Positions 49,249-58,327 of a stretch of 64,000 nucleotides of DNA are shown here, piece by piece. Every line of letters begins with the position of its first letter. The first letter of the stretch is position 1. The stretch is taken from contig JAGHAZ010000025.1 in assembly GCA_021161255.1 (NCBI GenBank), positions 216-64,215 on the forward strand. Reading direction: 5' to 3'. The notes beneath the pieces were generated by a model. It did not search any database. It had not been told where the DNA came from and saw nothing but the letters and a program-made list of their open reading frames with translations. Position numbers and translations under genes: made by a program. Origin of the DNA: Candidatus Bathyarchaeota archaeon (GTDB taxonomy: Archaea > Thermoproteota > CALKCG01 > B24).

Positions 49249-51900
49249 ATGCCTGTTAGAACGCTTACAGACTTTCTAGCTGAAAAATCCAAGCCTAAAG
49301 AGAGACTAGAAGAGACTAAGGCCGAGGAACATGTTGAAGAAAGAGAGGAGAAACCTAGCGAAGTGGTCTTCGATGAAGAAGGGGTTAAAGAGCTCCCCCC
49401 TAGTTATCTAGTATCGGCGACTTACGACGGTAGGAGAAGAGTTGTATGTCTTAAGCTGTATAACGAGAAGGACAGAAGAATCTATCTTTGGTACGATAAT
49501 ACAGGATATAAGCCCTATTGTCTAAGCGACTTACCTCCTGAAGAGCTTAAGAAGATGATAGCTCTCGTCAACCATCCAGGGTTCTATGGGCTTGAAGAGG
49601 TTGAGAGGTACGACCCGCTACAGTACAAGCGGAGAACTATGACTAAGGTTTTAGCTAAAGACCCGCTATCGATAGGGGGTAGGCCTACAAGCACCATAAG
49701 AGACATACTCCCCAGGGCTTGGGAGGCCGATATAAGGTTTCATGAAAACTATATCCTCGATAATAACCTTCAGATAGGTACGCTCTACAAGGTCGAGGAT
49801 GGAAAGCTCATACCGGTCAGCCACGAACTTTCCAAAGAAGTCTTAGATAAGGTCATGAAGGTGTTTGAGGACGAGCCGGAGGAGTATAAACGTTACATAA
49901 CTAGGTGGCTTACCTTACTAGAGCTTAGGGTTCCAGAGATCCATAGACTAGCGTTAGATATAGAGGTGGCCGGCGAAGTCGCTACGAGGGTCCCGAGCCC
50001 TAAGGAAGCTAAAGACCCTGTGGTAGCCGTGTCTTTAATCGGTTCTGATGGATTACGTAAGGTGCTTCTCTTAAGACGGGGAGGTGTCGAGGAGGGAACA
50101 TGTGAGGTCGATGCGGAGCTTGAATACTATGATGATGAAAAGACGCTTCTTCTGAGGACGTTCGAGATAATCGAGGAATACCCGTTTCTACTAACCTTCA
50201 ACGGGGACGACTTCGACTTGCCGTATCTATATCATAGGGCTAGAAGGCTAGGTATAGGTGCTGGGCAGATACCTATAGAGCTAGGGAGAGATGCAGCGTT
50301 TCTCAGACGTGGGATCCACATAGACCTCTACAGGTTCTTCTTCAACAGGTCTATACAGGTCTACGCTTTCGGACAAAAGTATCGCGAGAATACGCTTAAC
50401 GAGATAGGCGAGGCCCTACTGGGTATAGGTAAGATAAAGTTTGAGGGGCAGATTAAGGACCTTCCCTATAGGGAGCTTGCGAGGTACTGTCTTAGAGACG
50501 CCGAGATAGTTTACCGGCTCTCCGCTATGAACAACGACCTTGTGATGAAGCTCATAATGGTTCTCGCAAGGATAACGTATACGCCTATAGAGGATTTAAC
50601 GAGACAGGGGATATCGAACTGGATAAGGAACATGATGCTTTACGAGCATAGAATCCGGGGATGGCTCATACCTAGGCGGGAGGATCTACTGGCTGCTAAA
50701 GGTAGCACCACTACTAAGGCTATCATAGAGGGAAAGAAGTACAGGGGCGCCGAGGTTATAACACCTAAGCCGGGTATTCATTTCAACGTGGCAGTCTTAG
50801 ACTTTCAATCCATGTACCCGTCGATCGTCAGAAGCTATAACATAAGCTATGAAACCCTTAACTGCATACATGAAGAGTGTAAATCCAACAAGGTTCCTGG
50901 AACACCTCACTGGATATGTACGAAGCAGAGAGGTCTGACGAGTTTACTTATAGGTTCCCTCAGAGATGTCAGGGTTAGATGGTATAAACCCAGGTCTAAG
51001 GATAAGAGCCTTCCGCCTGATGTAAGAGAATGGTATAGTGTCGTTCAAAGCAGCTTAAAGGTAATCTTAAACGCCAGCTACGGTGTTTTTGGAGCCGAGA
51101 GCTTTGCCCTCTACTGTCCACCGGTCGCAGAGGCGATAACCTCGATAGGAAGATACGCCATAAACAAAACCGTCGAAAAAGCACGGTCTCTGGGGGTTGA
51201 GGTGATCTACGGTGATACAGACTCGCTGTTTCTTAAATCTCCCACTAAGGAACAGGTAGATGAACTTATGAAGTGGGTCGAGAAGGAGCTTGGCATGGAA
51301 ATGGATATCGATAAGGTCTACAGATACGCCGTGTTAAGCTCTAGAAAGAAGAACTACATCGGAGTCTATCCAGATGGACGGATAGACGTTAAGGGGCTAA
51401 CAGGCAAGAAGCGTCATATACCTGATTTCATAAAAGAGGCTTTCATGGAAATGATGAAGATACTAGGTTCCGTTAAAACCCTCGACGACTTTGAAGACGC
51501 CAAGAAGCAGATAATGGAGCTTTACAAGGAACGATACATCAAGATTAAACATGGAGAAGTCCCTCCTGAGAAACTGGCCTTCAGAGTTATGCTTAGTAAG
51601 CCTCCTGAGAGATACGTTAAGACCACACCGCAGCACGTTAAGGCAGCGCTTCTTTTGAAGCAGAAAGGCTTCGATGTTAGGGCGGGAGATATCATATCGT
51701 TCGTAAAAGTAGTCACGCCCCCGGGGGTTAAACCCATTCAGCTAGTGAGAGACCCTAGAGAGATCGATGCCGATAAGTATATTGAGTATCTGGAAAGCAC
51801 GTTTGAGCAAGTTCTCGATGCACTCGACATAAGCCTTACGACCATAGTCGGTAACAGGTCTCTATGGAGTTTTGTACCGTCTAAGGCTAAACGCCGCTAA
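49249..51900 (+). CDS. polB: B-family DNA polymerase (PolB) with 3'-5' exonuclease domain
   Basis: 883 aa. Exo motifs (FDIE, YNGDDFD). Polymerase motif A DFQSMYPSI, motif C YGDTDS, and the KKRY-like KKNYIG motif. Confidence 0.9.
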   Translation: MPVRTLTDFLAEKSKPKERLEETKAEEHVEEREEKPSEVVFDEEGVKELPPSYLVSATYDGRRRVVCLKLYNEKDRRIYLWYDNTGYKPYCLSDLPPEELKKMIALVNHPGFYGLEEVERYDPLQYKRRTMTKVLAKDPLSIGGRPTSTIRDILPRAWEADIRFHENYILDNNLQIGTLYKVEDGKLIPVSHELSKEVLDKVMKVFEDEPEEYKRYITRWLTLLELRVPEIHRLALDIEVAGEVATRVPSPKEAKDPVVAVSLIGSDGLRKVLLLRRGGVEEGTCEVDAELEYYDDEKTLLLRTFEIIEEYPFLLTFNGDDFDLPYLYHRARRLGIGAGQIPIELGRDAAFLRRGIHIDLYRFFFNRSIQVYAFGQKYRENTLNEIGEALLGIGKIKFEGQIKDLPYRELARYCLRDAEIVYRLSAMNNDLVMKLIMVLARITYTPIEDLTRQGISNWIRNMMLYEHRIRGWLIPRREDLLAAKGSTTTKAIIEGKKYRGAEVITPKPGIHFNVAVLDFQSMYPSIVRSYNISYETLNCIHEECKSNKVPGTPHWICTKQRGLTSLLIGSLRDVRVRWYKPRSKDKSLPPDVREWYSVVQSSLKVILNASYGVFGAESFALYCPPVAEAITSIGRYAINKTVEKARSLGVEVIYGDTDSLFLKSPTKEQVDELMKWVEKELGMEMDIDKVYRYAVLSSRKKNYIGVYPDGRIDVKGLTGKKRHIPDFIKEAFMEMMKILGSVKTLDDFEDAKKQIMELYKERYIKIKHGEVPPEKLAFRVMLSKPPERYVKTTPQHVKAALLLKQKGFDVRAGDIISFVKVVTPPGVKPIQLVRDPREIDADKYIEYLESTFEQVLDALDISLTTIVGNRSLWSFVPSKAKRR

Positions 51901-51987
51901 GGTTAAACGGCCTAAATTTGTCTCGGCTCCTAAGGCTATAGGTTATGCTTATAACTTAGAAAACCACTTTTAGATTCCTCTAGAGCA

Positions 51988-52989
51988 ATGGTTAGATATG
52001 TCCTTCTACCTGAAGTCGAGGAGATAGCCGATGGGATAGGTTCGATGCGTATTAGGGGGGCTTCCAAGATAGCTAAGGCCAGTGTCGAAGCGCTCATGAT
52101 TACGGCTATGAAGAGCGATGCAAGCGATCCAGATGAGTTTTTTAGAGAACTAGATTACGTAGCTCAGCGGCTCTTAGCCACGAGACCGACCGCCGTATCG
52201 CTTCCGAACGCGGTAAGGTATGTCATGTTCAGGGCTTACAAGGCTAAAGAGAGAGGACAGGGACTTGAGGAGGTTAGAAAGGCGACGATAGACTCTTGTA
52301 GAGAGTTTCTCAGGAGGATAAGAGAGGCGTCTAAAAGGATAGGGGAGATCGGTGCCCGTAGAATAAACGATGGCGACACCATAATGACTCACTGCCATAG
52401 CACAGCAGCGTTAAGCGTCATAAAAACGGCTCATAGAATGGGTAAGAACATAAGGGTTATAGTCACCGAGACTAGGCCACTCTACCAAGGGCTAATAACG
52501 GCTGAGGAGCTTGAGAAGGAGGGTATACCGTTTACGTTGATAATAGACGGCGCGGCTAGGTTTTTGATGAAAAAAGTGGATAAAGTGGTCGTGGGAGCCG
52601 ATGCGGTAGCGGCTAATGGGGCGGTCGTGAATAAGATAGGTACGTCGATAATTGCTCTAGCGGCTCACGAGGCTAGAACCCTCTTGTTCGTAGCCGCCGA
52701 AACCTATAAGTTTAGCCCAGAGACACTAGTCGGCGAACTCGTTAAGATAGAGGAGAGACCTCCGGAGGAGGTTGTGTCTCCTGAGGTTCTTAAGCGTTGG
52801 AAGTATGGTTCGGTTAGAAACCCGGCGTTCGACGTGACGCCGCCAGAGTATATAGACCTTATAATAACAGAGAAGGGTATCATTCCTCCTCAAGCAGCTT
52901 TTACGATCATTAGGGACGAGCTTAGAGAGATGCCATACGAGTTCCAGAGAAGGTATAGCACATACTGGGAGAGAAGCCTGGAGCCTTAG
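51988..52989 (+). CDS. eIF-2B alpha/beta/delta-family protein (aIF-2B / ribose-1,5-bisphosphate isomerase-like)
   Basis: 333 aa. N-terminal MRIRGA.KIA...E.L motif and a C-terminal Rossmann-like core ([26 protein letters not shown]) typical of the IF-2B family. Confidence 0.65.
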   Translation: MVRYVLLPEVEEIADGIGSMRIRGASKIAKASVEALMITAMKSDASDPDEFFRELDYVAQRLLATRPTAVSLPNAVRYVMFRAYKAKERGQGLEEVRKATIDSCREFLRRIREASKRIGEIGARRINDGDTIMTHCHSTAALSVIKTAHRMGKNIRVIVTETRPLYQGLITAEELEKEGIPFTLIIDGAARFLMKKVDKVVVGADAVAANGAVVNKIGTSIIALAAHEARTLLFVAAETYKFSPETLVGELVKIEERPPEEVVSPEVLKRWKYGSVRNPAFDVTPPEYIDLIITEKGIIPPQAAFTIIRDELREMPYEFQRRYSTYWERSLEP

Positions 52990-52998
52990 AGCTAGAGA

Positions 52999-53583
52999 CT
53001 ACTTGATCCATAGATTTTTGTAGACCAGCATAGCCATGTCTTTTTTAGCCCTCTCGATCATGAAGTCGATAAACTCTTCAAACCCATATTTTCCACCGGT
53101 CTCTGAAAACCACTTGTCCACTGCATCGGCATATAGCCGTTTTTCGAAAACCCTTACCTCGGCGAGACGCATTATACGGTTGTAGGTTTCATCGTCTATC
53201 GGCTTGCCGTCCAGCATCAAACCTGGACAAACACCTATCGCATCCTTATTAACCTCGACTCTCAGAACCTTGCCTCCGGATGTCACGTAGAGAAACGGAT
53301 AAAATCGGCATGTCAGAGGCTTAAACCTATGGATGAGACATAATCTATCGACATTGAACACACATAGACCGTTTACGTATCTCCTCAAACCTATGTAACC
53401 TTCACCCTCTTTAAGACGCACCTTGGGCATGGTGCTCCTGTAGCCAGCGGCATGGTATAACTTCAGAAAATCTTGAGGATTATAGCCACCGTAGTGGACT
53501 ATACGCCAGATGTCTAAGTGAGTTACCGGAACCCAATACTTGCTACAACACACTCCGCACAATGTACACTTGAACCGAACCAT
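52999..53583 (-). CDS. YkgJ/UPF0153-family putative Fe-S/zinc-chelating protein
   Basis: N-terminal CTLCGVCC motif (CxxCxxCC) and a second Cys cluster (CVFNVDRLC). 194 aa. Confidence 0.45.
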   Translation of the reverse strand: MVRFKCTLCGVCCSKYWVPVTHLDIWRIVHYGGYNPQDFLKLYHAAGYRSTMPKVRLKEGEGYIGLRRYVNGLCVFNVDRLCLIHRFKPLTCRFYPFLYVTSGGKVLRVEVNKDAIGVCPGLMLDGKPIDDETYNRIMRLAEVRVFEKRLYADAVDKWFSETGGKYGFEEFIDFMIERAKKDMAMLVYKNLWIK

Positions 53584-53696
53584 CTCCTCTAACTCTGAAG
53601 CTAAGAACAGACCTCTATAAAGTTTACACCCCTTTTATAGGAGGGCTTAGACGAAAAAGTTTAGCTATTACCGGGCTGTTAAACCATATTCAGGGA

Positions 53697-54395
53697 GTGA
53701 GCGAAATGGTGAAAGTTCGACCGTTCAGAAACTTCGAGGGTGTGTATCAGATAATCTTGGACAGCGGTGAAAGAAGACTTGCGACGGTAAACCTCGCTCC
53801 TGGGGTTCAGGTTTACGGTGAACGTCTTGTAAAGGTTAAAGGGGTGGAGTATAGGCTTTGGGACCCCTATAGAAGCAAGCTAGGCGCTGCCCTGCTTAAA
53901 GGACTTAAACGTTTGCCGATCAAGAGGGGAGTTAAGGTTCTGTATCTCGGTGCGGCCGCCGGGACTACTCTAAGCCACGTCAGCGACATAATCGGCGAAG
54001 ACGGGCTTGTATATGGTGTGGAGTTCAGCCCCAGGGCTATGAGGGATTTCATAAAGAGGGTGTCGGCACATAGAGAAAACGTCGTACCTATACTTGCGGA
54101 CGCGAGGTTTCCGGAGAAGTATCTCCCATACGTCGAAGAGGTCGATGTAATCTATTGCGACATAGCTCAGCCAGACCAAGCGAGGATCCTCTCAGATAAC
54201 GCCGACTTCTACCTTGAAAAAGGAGGCAGCACCCTATTGGCTGTTAAGGCGCGGAGCATAGACGTATCTAGGCGACCGGTGGAGATCTTCAAGGAGGAGG
54301 CTAAGGTTTTACGAAGCAGAGGGTTTAAGGTTGAAGCAACGTTGAGGCTGGAGCCGTTCGATAAGGACCACGTCTTGATACTTTCGAGAAGGTGA
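53697..54395 (+). CDS. flpA: Fibrillarin (rRNA/tRNA 2'-O-methyltransferase of C/D box RNPs)
   Basis: Motifs RLWDPYRSKL, VLYLGAAAGTT (SAM binding) and DVIYCDIAQPDQ match archaeal fibrillarin. 232 aa. Confidence 0.9.
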   Translation: MSEMVKVRPFRNFEGVYQIILDSGERRLATVNLAPGVQVYGERLVKVKGVEYRLWDPYRSKLGAALLKGLKRLPIKRGVKVLYLGAAAGTTLSHVSDIIGEDGLVYGVEFSPRAMRDFIKRVSAHRENVVPILADARFPEKYLPYVEEVDVIYCDIAQPDQARILSDNADFYLEKGGSTLLAVKARSIDVSRRPVEIFKEEAKVLRSRGFKVEATLRLEPFDKDHVLILSRR

Positions 54396-54404
54396 AGAAG
54401 AGCT

Positions 54405-55064
54405 GTGGATAGGTACGTAGCAGGAGTCGATGAGGCCGGTAGGGGATGCGTTATAGGACCCATGGTCGTAGCAGGGGTTCTGCTGAAGCTTGAAGCCTTG
54501 GAGGCTCTCGAGTCGAGCGGGGTGAGGGATTCTAAGAAGCTTACGGCTAGGGCTCGGGAGCGTCTATATGAGGTTATTTTAAACGAAGCGTCTAGGCTTA
54601 TGTGCGTCATAGTAGACCCGGCTATGATAGATAGATACGTTAGGTTTAAGAAGCGATTGGGAGGCTTAAACGTCCTAGAGCTTGAGGTTATGGCAGATGT
54701 TCTGAGAGAACTTAGGCCTAGGGAGGCTTACGTAGACTGTCCGGATAGAAACCTGAAGAAGTTTCTTAGAAGATTGAAGAGTAAGCTTCCTTGGGAGATG
54801 GATATTAAAGTCGCTCATAAAGAGTTTGACGATCACCCAGCTGTCGCATCAGCTTCCATAGTCGCGAAGGTCTTAAGAGATAGGATAGTCGAAAACCTTA
54901 GGAAGCTCTACGGAGACTTCGGAAGTGGATATCCATCGGATCCTAAGACCGTGAAGTTTCTCATAGAAGTCTATAAAGCCGGATACGTGCCATCATACGT
55001 GAGAAAGAGTTGGAAGCTTTCCAAGTTAGACGAAAACCTGACCCGGAGTGCAGGGAGATATTGA
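54405..55064 (+). CDS. rnhB: Ribonuclease HII
   Basis: N-terminal GVDEAGRGCVIGPMVVAGV (DEAGRG catalytic motif). 219 aa. Confidence 0.85.
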   Translation: MDRYVAGVDEAGRGCVIGPMVVAGVLLKLEALEALESSGVRDSKKLTARARERLYEVILNEASRLMCVIVDPAMIDRYVRFKKRLGGLNVLELEVMADVLRELRPREAYVDCPDRNLKKFLRRLKSKLPWEMDIKVAHKEFDDHPAVASASIVAKVLRDRIVENLRKLYGDFGSGYPSDPKTVKFLIEVYKAGYVPSYVRKSWKLSKLDENLTRSAGRY

Positions 55065-56257
55065 AGAAGCTCATAGAGGTTAAGGAAGGACTCGTATGTC
55101 TTAAGCTACCTCCTCAGGCTTTAAAGCCTTTAGGAGAGAGAAGACCTAAGCCTCCGGTGTTCTACAACCCTGAAGCTATCTTGAACAGAGACGTGGCCGT
55201 TCTGGCGGTAAGGACGCTCTCTAAGATGTCTAGCAGGAGTTTACGGGTATGCGACGCCTTAGCGGGATGCGGAGTCCGAGGATTAAGGTTCTTGGCTGAA
55301 GGACTCAACGTAGGGGAGGCGGTTTTAAACGACCTAAATCCAGACGCCGTCAAGTTTATCCGATTAAACGCTGAGGTTAACGGTTTATCAAGAAAAGTGA
55401 GAGTATACAACCTCGACGCGAGGATTCTTCTTCTCAAAAGAGAAGTTAGGCTTCAAGGATTCGACTTCGTCGACGTAGATCCCTTCGGTTCTCCGGCTCC
55501 CTTCGTCCAGTCGGCTGTGTTAAGCCTTAAGCCTGGAGGTGTTTTAGCGGCTACGGCTACGGATACCGCGCCGCTCTCGGGAACCTACCCCAAGGTCTGT
55601 CTCAGGAGATACTGGGCTAAGCCTCTAAAGACAGAATACTATCCGGAGGTGGCTGTGAGGATTCTACTGGGTTTCATAGCTAGAAACTGTATGACCGTAG
55701 ATAGGGGATTGAAACCGATACTCGTTCATAGGACGACGCAGTATATAAGAGTCTATGCCAGAGTCGACCGAGGCGTTAAGGCAGCTGAGGAAAGCCTGAA
55801 TAAGGTGGGATATCTAAACCATTGTTTTAAGTGTCTTCATAGATTTTTCGTAAGCCTCGATACTTCTCCGGGAGGAGTTTGTCCGCACTGCGGTGGTAAA
55901 TTGGACTGGGCCGGTCCGCTGTGGATAGGTAGGATATTCGACGAGGACTTCTGCCATAGACTACGTGAAGAATATAGAACAAGCCATTTAAGCGATAAAA
56001 GAGCGCTTGGTAGGCTTATTGAGGCTATAGACGACGAGTCTGAAGGCGCTGCGACATATTACGTCACAGATAAGGTTTCCTCCATCCTTAGGATGTCTCC
56101 ACCTGCTAAAAACGCCGTCATCAAAGCCCTCAAGGAGATGGGCTATACGGCTACGCCTACGCACTTCGACGGTAAAGGATTCAGGACAGACGCACCTATG
56201 AAGGATATAACCATGGTATTTAGGAGGACTTCCGGCTCTTCAGGACCCATTCTATAA
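55010..56257 (+). CDS. trm1: tRNA (guanine26-N2)-dimethyltransferase Trm1. The functional start is probably TTG at 55061.
   Basis: Trm1 motifs (FYNP...LNRD, SAM-binding DALAGCGVRG, DVDPFGSP) and a C-terminal Cys4 zinc ribbon (C..C...CPHCG). The ATG at 55010 overlaps rnhB by 55 nt. TTG 55061 overlaps the rnhB stop (TTGA). Confidence 0.8.
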   Translation: MEAFQVRRKPDPECREILKKLIEVKEGLVCLKLPPQALKPLGERRPKPPVFYNPEAILNRDVAVLAVRTLSKMSSRSLRVCDALAGCGVRGLRFLAEGLNVGEAVLNDLNPDAVKFIRLNAEVNGLSRKVRVYNLDARILLLKREVRLQGFDFVDVDPFGSPAPFVQSAVLSLKPGGVLAATATDTAPLSGTYPKVCLRRYWAKPLKTEYYPEVAVRILLGFIARNCMTVDRGLKPILVHRTTQYIRVYARVDRGVKAAEESLNKVGYLNHCFKCLHRFFVSLDTSPGGVCPHCGGKLDWAGPLWIGRIFDEDFCHRLREEYRTSHLSDKRALGRLIEAIDDESEGAATYYVTDKVSSILRMSPPAKNAVIKALKEMGYTATPTHFDGKGFRTDAPMKDITMVFRRTSGSSGPIL

Positions 56258-56591
56258 GTTTCCTACAGTTCAGGGGGGAGACGACATCTTGGATGTTGCA
56301 TCTAGAATTGTCTTCGCATACTAAGCAGGGACTGTCGAGTATCGGTAGGAGAGGATGGTTCTTCCTAACGGGGTAAAGACGGTAAGTCCATCTTTTAGAC
56401 GAGTACTCCCGCTCCCGCCTTATGAGATTCTTCTTCTCAAGCCTTATGGCGATTCTCGAACCCTCTCTACTGGTAACCCCTATGAGCTTCCAAAGGTCGC
56501 TTTGTAGGATCCCTTTATCCCCAGCTTCGTTAACCAATTGAAGGGCTAACCGCTCGATCTCCCCCCTCTTTCTACCGCTACTCGATGGCAA
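56220..56591 (-). CDS. Winged-helix protein with a C-terminal 4-Cys motif, possible TFE-beta (TFIIE-beta/RPC34-like)
   Basis: wHTH segment GILQSDLWKLIGVTSREGSRIAIRLEKKNLIRRE. C-terminal CLVCEDNSRCNIQDVVSPLNC (Cx2Cx5Cx11C). Adjacent to tfb. Confidence 0.35.
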   Translation of the reverse strand: MPSSSGRKRGEIERLALQLVNEAGDKGILQSDLWKLIGVTSREGSRIAIRLEKKNLIRREREYSSKRWTYRLYPVRKNHPLLPILDSPCLVCEDNSRCNIQDVVSPLNCRKLIEWVLKSRKSS

Positions 56592-56744
56592 AGAACGACC
56601 TCCTTCGACGCGAAATATAACACTAAAATATAATGTGAGAGACGCATTAGGTAAATGTTTCTGTTAAGCCCAAGCCAAGGTAGGATTAAGGTTTTGTGAT
56701 AAGCGGGTAATAGATGCCTAAAATATTAGAGGGTAACGTGTTTG

Positions 56745-57659
56745 CTATACCCAAACTACGATGTCTATGTTTTTCAGAATATTCGAGTATCTGTTTCTGA
56801 CAGTGACCTCTGTTACGTTGGCGACCTCAGCGATCTCCCGTTGAGTACGCCGGTCTCCGGTTACGACAGACGCCAGGTATATCGCTGCCGCAGCTATACC
56901 TGTGGGTCCTCTACCGCATGTAAGCTTAAGCTCCGCAGCTGTTTTTACTATCTTATGAGCGATCTCCTCTGTTCTACCTTGGATCCCCAACTGGTTCGAG
57001 AACCTAGATACATATACGACCGGGTCGATCGGTGGAACGAACTCACCGAGTTCCTTAACTATAAAGCGATAGCTTCTAGCGATCTCTCTCTTACTTATCA
57101 TAGTGACCTTCGACACTTCATCTAAAGTCCTGGCTAAGCCGCACAGTCTACACGCCAGGTATATAGACGCGGCGACTATACCCTGTATGCTTCGGCCACG
57201 TATGAGCCTCTTCTTGAGAGCCTTCCTATATATGACCGAGGCTGTTTCGAGGACATGTTTAGGGGTATTCAGAGACATCGAGATCTTACTGAGCTCCGTA
57301 AGCGCAAACGCAAGGTTCCTCTCAGAAGAATCCGAAAGCCGAACTCTTCTCTGCCACTTACGAAGGTTATATATCTGAAGCGCCCTAGCAGGGTCCATCT
57401 TCTTTCTATAAGAAAACCTCCTCCAGTCGATCATAGTGGAGAGACCTTTATCATGTATAGTGTATGTGGTCGGGGCGCCGACCCTAGAACGCTTGTTCTT
57501 CTGCTCCTCATCGAACGCTCTCCACTCAGGACCTGTATCAGGGATCTTATCGTCTAAAACATAACCGCAGTTGGCGCAGATGATCTCGCCAGTATCATAA
57601 TCCTTTATAAAATTGCAACTACCGCATTCCGGACACTTTTTATCATCACTCAAACTCAA
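56745..57659 (-). CDS. tfb: Transcription initiation factor B (TFIIB homologue)
   Basis: N-terminal zinc ribbon CPECGSCNF...CANCG, B-finger/linker and two cyclin-fold repeats. 304 aa. Confidence 0.9.
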   Translation of the reverse strand: MSLSDDKKCPECGSCNFIKDYDTGEIICANCGYVLDDKIPDTGPEWRAFDEEQKNKRSRVGAPTTYTIHDKGLSTMIDWRRFSYRKKMDPARALQIYNLRKWQRRVRLSDSSERNLAFALTELSKISMSLNTPKHVLETASVIYRKALKKRLIRGRSIQGIVAASIYLACRLCGLARTLDEVSKVTMISKREIARSYRFIVKELGEFVPPIDPVVYVSRFSNQLGIQGRTEEIAHKIVKTAAELKLTCGRGPTGIAAAAIYLASVVTGDRRTQREIAEVANVTEVTVRNRYSNILKNIDIVVWV

Positions 57660-57674
57660 ACCTCCTAGGGAAGG

Positions 57675-57932
57675 TCATCCCCTGAAGTAGAGAGTTTCGT
57701 CTACAAGCCCCCTTAGGTCCTTAGAAGAAAGTGGTCTAATCACGGCATATGGGGATTTTACATTACCTATGACGTCCACGACGACTCCGATATACTTGAG
57801 GTTTCTATCGTAGACCCGCTCCCCCAGCCGAGGAACATGCTCCCCAAGTTTTAATATAACCCTTCCTTGCTTGGATATGGTGAGAACCTTACCAGCCGTG
57901 TATAGAACCTTAGATTTTTTAGACTTCTTCAA
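57675..57932 (-). CDS. gar1: H/ACA ribonucleoprotein complex subunit Gar1
   Basis: 85-aa beta-barrel protein (GKVLTISKQGRVILKLGE...IGVVVDVIGNVKSPYAVIRP). Conserved tfb-gar1 adjacency. Confidence 0.7.
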   Translation of the reverse strand: MKKSKKSKVLYTAGKVLTISKQGRVILKLGEHVPRLGERVYDRNLKYIGVVVDVIGNVKSPYAVIRPLSSKDLRGLVDETLYFRG

Positions 57933-57991
57933 GGGGGCGTGAAGTAAAGAGAGGAAAAAGCTTAAATAAAGTTTTCTATTTTAAGGCGCCC

Positions 57992-58309
57992 TCATTTACG
58001 CCCGTATTTGATTTTCTCGCTCCTCAGCCGCCTTATCTCTAAAGCAAGGGTCTTCAAAAGCTTGCTTTTAGATGCAAACTTTTCTACGATGACGTACCCC
58101 CTTCTTCCCCACCAGATTCTAGGATACCTAGCATCCTCTCTTAGCTGAAAGTCGAGTTTAAGCCGCTTACATGCCTCAACAAGCTCGCCGATGGACGGAG
58201 CCTCGACAGCTAAACTCTTCGGAACTTTTCTGCCAAGTCTACGGGGGAGGTTAGCGTCCAGATACACGAGCCATATGACCGCTTTACCAGGAAGCTTCAC
58301 AGTAAACAC
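57992..58309 (-). CDS. srp19: Signal recognition particle protein SRP19
   Basis: 105 aa. IWLVYLDANLPRRLGRKVPK motif (SRP19 IWP.Y.D...SR..GRK) and a basic C-terminus. Confidence 0.7.
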   Translation of the reverse strand: MFTVKLPGKAVIWLVYLDANLPRRLGRKVPKSLAVEAPSIGELVEACKRLKLDFQLREDARYPRIWWGRRGYVIVEKFASKSKLLKTLALEIRRLRSEKIKYGRK

Positions 58310-58327
58310 CTTGAACGGCGAATGGAT

